Positions 1 through 6,638 of a stretch of DNA of 32,000 bases are shown piece after piece (within the stretch, counting starts at the first letter, position 1; each line of letters opens with the position of its first letter). The position numbers were made by a program, and so were the translations under genes. The stretch comes from Candidatus Odinarchaeota archaeon (lineage in GTDB: Archaea > Asgardarchaeota > Hermodarchaeia > Hermodarchaeales > Hermodarchaeaceae). The stretch is taken from NCBI GenBank assembly GCA_048885185.1, contig JBHLQC010000004.1:1-32000 (forward strand), written 5' to 3'. Under the pieces are notes generated by a model that had not been told where the DNA came from, made no database searches, and saw nothing but the letters and a program-made list of their open reading frames with translations.

Positions 1-3
1 GAT

Positions 4-972
4 CTATTCTGCCTCGTGATTCGAAACTTTTTCACCCAATAGTTCCCCTAAGCGGATGTATCCGGGTCCAACAAAGTATTTTTGTGGTCGAAATATCTCT
101 GAGCGAACTTTCTTGGCGAATGAGGCTTTTTTCGTGATGTTAGTAATATCGGTAATTGTTTGGATATTTTCAGCTGTGCAGAAATGCATGAGAGTAGGTT
201 TGTTAGCAAATAGCCAGGCATTCCAATATGCATCTGGGAATTTCTCATAAACCCATTTAACTGCATCATATGGTTCGGTGTTGTTTTCATCATATTCAAT
301 GATAAGCCAAAACGGAATGGAGCCCATCATACTCGGTCGCTGGTGGACCATGAAGTATAAACCGCCTCCAGTTTGAAGTTCATGGAGAATTTGGCCAACT
401 CGTCGTGCGGAGTAGTTCGTCTGTTTGGCGATCTCCTTTGCGGACATCCGTGCATTCTGCCATAACAATCTAAGGACCTTAAGTTGCGGCTTTGTGAAGG
501 TCACTCTTTGCCCGCGATAGACGTATAGCTGACTGGGTGGTACTGGTGAGGGACCTACAGGTCGGACAAATTGGATATCCACATCTTGAACACAACTAAA
601 TCCCCGGTAAAATCGCCCCAATTCAAAAAGCTCTGTGGGACCAGCAACGTTTCCACCCGATGCAAATTTATGCGGTCCAATCCGAGTAGCGCCAATTACT
701 GATGGATGAGTACATATTTCATTGATAAATTTCTCATCGTGTTCAGCCCCATCGGTGGTCAAGTTGGCATGGCAAATCTCAGAATCACGCATGGCTAAGG
801 ATAGCTGCACATAGGGTCGGCTAATGACTTTATTCTCCCATAGTTTTGTAACGCGTTTTTTGATACTTGTTGCAGTTAACCCGGTTTTCTTTGCCATCTG
901 TCGATATGTGATGCGGCAATTGCCCATTAACTCTTGTATGATCTTTTTACTAATTGGATCCACAAGAAACAC
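4..972 (-). CDS. Lrp/AsnC-like transcriptional regulator with two tandem winged-helix HTH modules
   Basis: 322-aa ORF with a GTG start. N-terminal KKIIQELMGNCRITYRQMAKKTGLTATSIKKRV and a second copy LKVLRLLWQNARMSAKEIAKQTNYSARRVGQIL both look like AsnC-type HTH segments. Confidence 0.65.
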   Translation of the reverse strand: MFLVDPISKKIIQELMGNCRITYRQMAKKTGLTATSIKKRVTKLWENKVISRPYVQLSLAMRDSEICHANLTTDGAEHDEKFINEICTHPSVIGATRIGPHKFASGGNVAGPTELFELGRFYRGFSCVQDVDIQFVRPVGPSPVPPSQLYVYRGQRVTFTKPQLKVLRLLWQNARMSAKEIAKQTNYSARRVGQILHELQTGGGLYFMVHQRPSMMGSIPFWLIIEYDENNTEPYDAVKWVYEKFPDAYWNAWLFANKPTLMHFCTAENIQTITDITNITKKASFAKKVRSEIFRPQKYFVGPGYIRLGELLGEKVSNHEAE

Positions 973-1103
973 CTAGAAGCCCAAGCTTGAACTACTGCTA
1001 CTCTTAACGATAAATATCCATCGTGTAGATTCTATATTGTTCATACTTGACCGCGGACTTATTAAAAAGAGAATATTAGGAAACAATATTCAAGGTTTAT
1101 TGT

Positions 1104-2327
1104 TTATTTTTCTCGTAGTAGGAAAATTGGAATTAATGTAATTACTAAAATCAATGACAGAAAAATGAAGCCAAGGGTAAGGGCGCCGGTCAATTCGACT
1201 AAAAACCCTACCATCAATGGTCCGATAAACCCGCCACTTGCCCCAAAAGTGGACAAGAGCCCAGTTGCAGTGCCCATGTACTTTGCGCCAATGGTTGGAA
1301 AATCCATGAGTATTACGAGGAGCAGTGGCCATATTCCTGCGTAACTGAATCCGTACAAGATTAAAACTATAATTAAGGGTACCTCAAAAGCCCATATCAC
1401 AAGATATACCCATAGGCCTTGAATCAGAAAAAGGATGAAGAGGATTAGCCTTCTCGAACTGGGTTTTCCGAGTCTAGGTATGGTAATACTACCAAGGATT
1501 CCAATCCAAGGGGGAATCGACGCGATTACTCCAGCACCAGCTGGTGTCATGCCCTTTGTTTCAAGAAACGTTGGAAGCCAACCACTGAAAGCAAAGCTTG
1601 TAATAGAAAGCAGAAAGGCGATGCACCCGATTAACCAGATATATTTCTCTTTCACCAATGTCGTCGTACTCTCTCTCAGGGCATCAAGGAAAGGTTCTTC
1701 GACTTGCGTCCGCGTAATTTCTTTACAAAATATGAGCCAAAGGGTAGCGAAGAGGAAGCCGAGAAGCCCATAAAATAAGAACACATTTTGCCAGGTTCCT
1801 AAAAGTTGTAGAATTAGACTATTGGTTATCATGAGAACTATTCCACTTCCTATGGCAAATCCTGTGACATAGATACCCGAAGCAGTTGCTCGTTCATTTC
1901 CAGCAAACCACAACGCGATGATTTTTGCTATGCCAACGACAATCAACGTATTCCCAATTCCAAAAATGGCCACAAATAACATCATGGTTTCAAAACTTAT
2001 GGCGAAGGTTCGTAAAAACGCCGATAACCCAATGAATAGCAGTCCTGTGAAGGTTGCCCATTTAATGTTAATTCGATCAAATAGAAGACCAACTGGAATC
2101 GCTAAAGGGACCACCGTTAATGTCCCTATTCCGAGAATCACTCCTATTTGGATGCCTGATAACACCAAATCGGCTGCTATCTGAGAAACCAAGGGAGGCA
2201 GAGCAGAGGCAACCATACCAGCACTAAAATAACCAAGCCACGCCAGGCACAGTATTACCCACCGATAAGCGAAAGGTTCCACACCGCTCTCATCGTTCTT
2301 CACTTGTAATGGATACCCCTCCGCCAA
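1104..2327 (-). CDS. Major facilitator superfamily (MFS) type transporter
   Basis: 407-aa ORF, hydrophobic throughout with roughly 12 predicted TM segments and a central loop (KEITRTQVEEPFLDALRESTTT), typical of MFS architecture. Confidence 0.7.
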   Translation of the reverse strand: MAEGYPLQVKNDESGVEPFAYRWVILCLAWLGYFSAGMVASALPPLVSQIAADLVLSGIQIGVILGIGTLTVVPLAIPVGLLFDRINIKWATFTGLLFIGLSAFLRTFAISFETMMLFVAIFGIGNTLIVVGIAKIIALWFAGNERATASGIYVTGFAIGSGIVLMITNSLILQLLGTWQNVFLFYGLLGFLFATLWLIFCKEITRTQVEEPFLDALRESTTTLVKEKYIWLIGCIAFLLSITSFAFSGWLPTFLETKGMTPAGAGVIASIPPWIGILGSITIPRLGKPSSRRLILFILFLIQGLWVYLVIWAFEVPLIIVLILYGFSYAGIWPLLLVILMDFPTIGAKYMGTATGLLSTFGASGGFIGPLMVGFLVELTGALTLGFIFLSLILVITLIPIFLLREK

Positions 2328-2372
2328 TACAGATGAACATTTACTATATTAAATAATACAAAAAAGTGAAAG

Positions 2373-2411
2373 TGGAGCCTCGGACGGGGATTGAACCCGC
2401 GACCAGCAGCT
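2373..2411 (-). other. Orphan tRNA 3' half (nt 38-76 with CCA), with no 5' half nearby
   Basis: The reverse strand reads A GCTGC TGGTC GCGGG TTCAATC CCCGT CCGAGGC T CCA. That is a 3' anticodon-stem strand, 5-nt variable loop, full T arm, 3' acceptor strand, discriminator and CCA. No GCCTCGG acceptor, D arm or GCAGC strand occurs in the 100 nt upstream on that strand. Confidence 0.6.
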
Positions 2412-2515
2412 TAGTGAATATCAAAACATTTTTGTGTAATCTTAGAGGGTAGCGACTCGAAGACCTGCACATCTTCCGAATAATTAATCAATAATACCAG
2501 TATAACAACAAACGA

Positions 2516-2590
2516 GCCTCCGTAGCATAGTGGTGGTGCATTGGCCTTGTAAGCCAACGGTCCCGGGTTCAAATCCCGGCGGAGGCTCCA
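2516..2590 (+). tRNA. tRNA-Thr (anticodon UGU), intron-less, CCA encoded
   Basis: Hand-folded cloverleaf: acceptor GCCTCCG/CGGAGGC, D arm GCAT-AGTGGTG-GTGC, anticodon arm TTGGC-CTTGTAA-GCCAA, T arm CCGGG-TTCAAAT-CCCGG, discriminator T, CCA. Length 75 nt. Confidence 0.9.
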
Positions 2591-2637
2591 ATTCTTTATT
2601 TGAGTTTTAATATTGTCTAGAACTGTTCATTATTGAA

Positions 2638-3285
2638 ATGAGAACCGTTGACATTCTTACTGTTTCACGGATCCTGAACCAAGCTCAAGTATGGCATAAA
2701 ATTCAAAATGATTTTATCTGCACCAAAAAAACACGAATTAAAATCCCGAAACTTTGTGAAAAAGTTGCATACTTTGCAGGTGTTGTTGCAGGTGATGGTA
2801 ATATTAACAAATGCAAACGAAAGAAAGGCGGTTACTATTATCGAGTAAATGTTGTGGGTCGAAGAAAATTCATGGAAAAGTTGTCATTATTAGTCAAAGA
2901 CCTCTTTCATCATCATCCTCGGGTTCTACGAGATAAAAGAAAGGAAAACTGTTACGCAATTAATATCAACTGTGCAGCAGTATACTTCTTTTTCATCAAA
3001 TTAGGTTTTCAATCAGGAAAGAAAAATAAAATTAGAGTTCCTTCGTTGATTGCGGAAGATGCTTCACTGTTCAAGTATTACATGTACGGATTAATTGATA
3101 CTGATGGATATATTGACAAAAAGAGAGTGCAGCTAAAACAGCGTGATGAGAATTTTCTCAAAGAACTTGTGCGTCTCTTGAAGAAACATTTCGATATTAT
3201 ATCAACTACCCCAAAGGTCAATTACACTAAGGGGAAACCCTACTATTACATTCGATTCCCAATCGGTAAATTAACTGAGGCATAG
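2638..3285 (+). CDS. Free-standing double-motif LAGLIDADG homing-endonuclease-like protein
   Basis: 215-aa ORF with two LAGLIDADG-type motifs, YFAGVVAGDGNI and YMYGLIDTDGYI. It is lysine-rich and visibly more AT-rich than its neighbours, and sits between tRNA-Thr and tRNA-Pro. Confidence 0.8.
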   Translation: MRTVDILTVSRILNQAQVWHKIQNDFICTKKTRIKIPKLCEKVAYFAGVVAGDGNINKCKRKKGGYYYRVNVVGRRKFMEKLSLLVKDLFHHHPRVLRDKRKENCYAININCAAVYFFFIKLGFQSGKKNKIRVPSLIAEDASLFKYYMYGLIDTDGYIDKKRVQLKQRDENFLKELVRLLKKHFDIISTTPKVNYTKGKPYYYIRFPIGKLTEA

Positions 3286-3351
3286 TAAATAGTGACAGAA
3301 GTAGTGGGGGGAAGGATTTTTCAATCCCTCTTGTTACCACTATCAGGCATT

Positions 3352-3428
3352 GGGCCGGTAGTCTAGTTCGGTATGATGCGAGGTTTGGGACCTCGTGGTC
3401 CCGAGTTCAAATCTCGGCCGGCCCACCA
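3352..3428 (+). tRNA. tRNA-Pro (anticodon UGG), intron-less, CCA encoded
   Basis: Acceptor GGGCCGG/CCGGCCC, anticodon arm CGAGG-TTTGGGA-CCTCG, T arm CCGAG-TTCAAAT-CTCGG, discriminator A, CCA. Length 77 nt. Confidence 0.92.
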
Positions 3429-3456
3429 CGTTTTCTTACCCAAGGTTTCACAACAC

Positions 3457-3463
3457 TTTTATA
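3457..3463 (+). promoter_or_regulatory. TATA-box-like element upstream of the 5S rRNA
   Basis: TTTTATA lies about 22-26 nt upstream of the first nucleotides of 5S helix I, which is archaeal TATA-to-start spacing. Confidence 0.5.
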
Positions 3464-3481
3464 GCGGGGGCGATTGGTGCT

Positions 3482-3606
3482 GGGTGGCGCGGTCATAGAA
3501 GCTGGGTCACACCCGGTCTCGTCAGATCCCGGAAGTTAAGCCGGTTTCGTCGCCGTGAGTACTGATATCCGAGAGGCGTCGGGAAAATGGTGAACTGCGC
3601 CACTTC
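3482..3606 (+). rRNA. 5S ribosomal RNA, not linked to 16S/23S in this window
   Basis: Terminal helix GTGGCGC (3484-3490) pairs with GCGCCAC (3597-3603). The internal string CACACCCGGTCTCGTCAGATCCCGGAAGTTAAGCC matches the conserved archaeal 5S core. Ends are approximate to a few nt. Confidence 0.9.
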
Positions 3607-3616
3607 TTTTCCTTTA
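3604..3616 (+). terminator. Oligo-T tract after the 5S rRNA
   Basis: TTCTTTTCCTTTA follows the 5S 3' helix directly. Archaeal termination commonly uses T-runs. Confidence 0.35.
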
Positions 3617-3704
3617 ATCTGCTGTGTGAGTTCGTGTAACGGTAAGCAAAGGTTTTTATGGCACGCGGAAACCGTTCCGGCAGCACGCGTAATTCCCGTG
3701 ACCG

Positions 3705-4808
3705 ATGATGATGCAGATTACGGATTTTAATTGGATTTTCCAAATAGCGTTCCTTGTCATATTCATGTTCATTTATCTGTATGGCCAGAGGTTACAGACG
3801 TACATTTGGACTCGCCAGGCAGAGGCGGGAGTTCGTCAAATTGAAGCCCTGTCCACGCAGGGAAAGCAGATTGCGATGCGAGCCTTCAAAGATCTGAAGG
3901 TAAAAGAGCAGGATATCAAATCAACCCTCGAAGATTTTTTGGAATTCTTTATTATTGAGCCGGTGAGTGTTGATCCTGCTGGTGTCTTAGGTCGGTTGGA
4001 ACACCTTTTGGACGTGCGGACTGACCGGTACGAAAAATACATCCAAAGAATTGCTCCTGATGCATCGCCGGAAAAACAAGCTAATGCGGAAAATGTGTTA
4101 GCAGGTACTATGGCATTGTATTATGTTTTCCGAGTAGTTCGTCATTTCTTGATTATGGGTAAGAAGACGAAGAGCATCTATTGGGTCATGCAGCTTCAAA
4201 TGCAATTGCCAATGATTATTCAAATGGCTAAAGCCTATTTTGAAGCAGTCCGAGCTTTCGCCGATGGCAAGCCGATTGGCGATGGAATGGGACCATTAGC
4301 CGTTGCCCATTTCGCGCGGGAAATCAATGCAGGTGAACCTGAAGTAATCGCAAAGCACACTACAGCTGCTTCTGGAGAATTTGAGGGGCGGAATTTGTGG
4401 TTTATTCGAGCCAAGGGTTATGGCGGTCATGTCGGAAAACCTGGTGAAGGCATCAAAATCTTGGTGGACCGACATAAGAAGAAGATAACACGAATCATTA
4501 CCGTTGATGCCGGCTTGAAACTGGAAGGCGAAGAAAGTGGACATGTCATTGAAGGCGTTGGTGCAGCTATTGGAGATCCTGGACCTGAGAAATTCAAGAT
4601 GGAAGACTCGGTTGTTAAATATGATATTCCCATTGATGCCATAATTATCAAAGAGTCTATAGAGGATGCACTGGGTCCAATGAAGAAATCCCTCGTGGAT
4701 GCAGTTCCTAAGGTCGTTGAAAAAATGAAAAACGCAATCCTACAACGCACGATAAAAGGTGATACTATTATTATCGCTGGAATCGGAAATACAAGCGGGA
4801 TTGGTTAA
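3705..4808 (+). CDS. Conserved archaeal membrane-anchored protein (DUF1512-like)
   Basis: 367-aa ORF with a single N-terminal TM segment (FNWIFQIAFLVIFMFIYLYG) followed by a soluble domain. The family assignment is from memory of archaeal DUF1512 architecture and is unverified. Confidence 0.5.
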   Translation: MMMQITDFNWIFQIAFLVIFMFIYLYGQRLQTYIWTRQAEAGVRQIEALSTQGKQIAMRAFKDLKVKEQDIKSTLEDFLEFFIIEPVSVDPAGVLGRLEHLLDVRTDRYEKYIQRIAPDASPEKQANAENVLAGTMALYYVFRVVRHFLIMGKKTKSIYWVMQLQMQLPMIIQMAKAYFEAVRAFADGKPIGDGMGPLAVAHFAREINAGEPEVIAKHTTAASGEFEGRNLWFIRAKGYGGHVGKPGEGIKILVDRHKKKITRIITVDAGLKLEGEESGHVIEGVGAAIGDPGPEKFKMEDSVVKYDIPIDAIIIKESIEDALGPMKKSLVDAVPKVVEKMKNAILQRTIKGDTIIIAGIGNTSGIG

Positions 4809-4836
4809 ATTCACTGAATACCTCTAATTTTGACTC

Positions 4837-5382
4837 GTGGTAAAGCTTTTTCAGCAGTACGTTAGAGCAAGGAATGAGGACTGCGTCTTGTCTGAAGAAC
4901 CGTATGACTGGGTGGCTATTGGTGGAACTTTCGACCGCCTTCATAAAGGACACAAGACGCTCCTACGCCGAGCTTTTGAATTGGGTAAACAGGTTCTCAT
5001 CGGGCTAACGACACAGGAGATGGTGGAACATAAACCCGATTGGGAAATCATCGCAAGTTATGACGAACGTAAAAGTGAGCTAGAAAAATGGCTGGAAGGT
5101 GAGGGCTATAGTGATCGATATATCATCCGACCACTCCACAATAAATACGGACCCGCTATTACAATGCCTGAGCTCGAACTCATTGTCGTAAGTGAAGAAA
5201 CTTGCCCTGTTGCCAAGGAAATCAATGAAATCCGACGAGAACATAAGCTCCCTCTTTTACATATTGCAGTTCTTACTATGGTGATGGCGGAGGACCGAAT
5301 CTCAATTTCTTCTACGCGAATTCGTGCAGGACAAATTGATCGTGATGGGCGTCTCATTTATCATGAGGTCGCAGCGCAGTAG
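4837..5382 (+). CDS. coaD: Archaeal-type phosphopantetheine adenylyltransferase (cytidylyltransferase family)
   Basis: GGTFDRLHKGH (the (T/H)xGH nucleotidyltransferase motif) and C-terminal ISSTRIR. GTG start, 181 aa. Confidence 0.8.
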   Translation: MVKLFQQYVRARNEDCVLSEEPYDWVAIGGTFDRLHKGHKTLLRRAFELGKQVLIGLTTQEMVEHKPDWEIIASYDERKSELEKWLEGEGYSDRYIIRPLHNKYGPAITMPELELIVVSEETCPVAKEINEIRREHKLPLLHIAVLTMVMAEDRISISSTRIRAGQIDRDGRLIYHEVAAQ

Positions 5383-5399
5383 TGAAAGCTTTTATGAGG

Positions 5400-5760
5400 C
5401 ACCGTTTCCGTTTTGGTGCTAGCAATGAAAGGATAATGGCTGTAATCGAGGACGAATCTGAAGAAATTTTTCTGATGAGGATTCGTGCAAAATCGCAGGC
5501 ACACTGGAGCAGCGTTGAAGGTTATGCGGCATGTGACAGGCTCCTGCTTGATCTATGACGTGTCGTCAAGAGGTGATTGTGGGGGCAACCCACGATGTCC
5601 ACACTTCGACGCCGGGTCGTCCTGTGTTCAATACGCTCGGCATATTAAGAGAGGACCTGTCGGAGGTATTACGGCGTTCCGCCCACCAATGATGATGGGG
5701 CGTTAGTGTATCGATCTACAGAACATCGGCGACCCTCCACTTCTGGACAATTACTTAGAG
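5400..5760. ncRNA. Unassigned G+C-enriched non-coding region, a candidate structured RNA of unknown family and strand
   Basis: No credible ORF in any frame. Several clean helices are present: 5506-5510/5540-5544, hairpin 5579-5593, 5609-5614/5672-5677 and 5680-5684/5698-5702. A TATA-like CTTTTATG sits at 5388-5395. Confidence 0.3.
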
Positions 5761-5764
5761 CCGG

Positions 5765-6628
5765 GTGAAAAAAATAGCTAATCACCGCCATATCACGTTC
5801 TCCCAGTTTCTTCAAAAACGACTAGGAGCGAAAATTCCTCCAGACCTTCTTCCTCGCCGCCTACGCATATTAGGTCACGTTGCCATTCTCTGGTTGCATC
5901 CAAAAGTCGTTGAGCATAAGAACTTGATTGGTAACACCGTATTGGAGTATGATTCAAAAATTCAATCCGTTTTAAGAAGAACTGCTGCGATTTCCGGTCC
6001 CTACCGACAACCTGCAGTTGAAATAATTGCAGGTTCACATGAAACTGAGACAGTTTTCAAAGAAAATAATGTCATTTTTCATCTTGACCCGATGAAAGTC
6101 ATGTTTTCCGTGGGGAATAAAGCGGAGCGCCTCAGGATGAGCCAACTTGGATCTGATGAATTAGTTATTGATATGTTCGCAGGAATTGGACAGTTTTCAA
6201 TGCCGATGGCAGTACATGCTCGCCCTAGATTAATTCACGCGATCGAATGGAATCCCGATGCCTTTCATTATCTGTCACAAAATATCAAGGCAAATAGGGT
6301 TCATGATTTAGTTCATCCCCACCTAGGTGATACTGGCATAATAACACCAAAACTCGGGCAAGGAATAGCAGACCGGGTTCTAATGGGATTAATCCAGGGA
6401 ACGACCAAATATCTCGAACAAGGCATTTTGTGCTTGAAACCTAGCGGTGTAATGCATATTCATGAAATAGGTCTGAAAAATGACTTAGAAACTAATCTCC
6501 TAACAATGTTGGAAAAGACGGCGTTTTCTTTGAATCGCCAAGTAAAGCTCCTAAATATGCATACAATAAAGACCTATAATCCGAGTTTTGACCATTTTGT
6601 GCTTGATGTCCAAGTTACCGAAAAGTGA
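5765..6628 (+). CDS. Trm5/Tyw2 (Met-10+) family tRNA methyltransferase / wybutosine-pathway transferase
   Basis: 287 aa. SAM-binding VIDMFAGIGQFSMPMA, and overall Met-10+ layout (LP.R..ILGHVAIL, then the class I Rossmann fold). Confidence 0.75.
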   Translation: MKKIANHRHITFSQFLQKRLGAKIPPDLLPRRLRILGHVAILWLHPKVVEHKNLIGNTVLEYDSKIQSVLRRTAAISGPYRQPAVEIIAGSHETETVFKENNVIFHLDPMKVMFSVGNKAERLRMSQLGSDELVIDMFAGIGQFSMPMAVHARPRLIHAIEWNPDAFHYLSQNIKANRVHDLVHPHLGDTGIITPKLGQGIADRVLMGLIQGTTKYLEQGILCLKPSGVMHIHEIGLKNDLETNLLTMLEKTAFSLNRQVKLLNMHTIKTYNPSFDHFVLDVQVTEK

Positions 6629-6638
6629 TTTTCCTTAG

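Noticed and set aside
3310-3331. Hairpin after the LAGLIDADG stop that on the reverse strand resembles an anticodon arm (AGGGA-TTGAAAA-TCCTT, Phe GAA)
   Set aside because: No T arm, D arm or matching acceptor strands surround it. It is more likely a simple 3' hairpin or terminator-like element.
3522-3743. 73-aa reverse-strand ORF
   Set aside because: It lies antisense across the 5S rRNA gene and its downstream spacer, and its composition reflects the rRNA. It is a spurious ORF.
5473-5694. C/D-box sRNA candidates (TGATGA at 5473-5478, ATGATGA at 5688-5694)
   Set aside because: No properly spaced CTGA D or D' boxes, and no terminal stem, complete a C/D architecture.
5485-5706. 73-aa ORF in the coaD/trm5 spacer
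   Set aside because: The product (…SSRGDCGGNPRCPHFDAGSSC…RPPMMMGR) has no protein-like pattern, no SD or TATA context and a GTG start. I treat the region as non-coding.
5400-5760. RNase P RNA assignment for the unassigned region
   Set aside because: Only a loose CR-IV/CR-V-like string is present (AATGATGA ... ACAGAACATCGGCGA). No GGAAAGTCC-type CR-I occurs on either strand, and no convincing P4 pairing can be drawn. It is kept as unknown pending a covariance-model search.
5394-5766. Frameshifted DUF167/YggU-like pseudogene in the same region
   Set aside because: Short pieces in three frames (IFLMRIRAKSQA...VEGY; EVIVGAT; LSEVL then GVPPT...) faintly echo YggU. However, the most conserved APPxDGxAN motif is absent and several shifts are needed. 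That is too weak to call without a frameshift-tolerant profile search.
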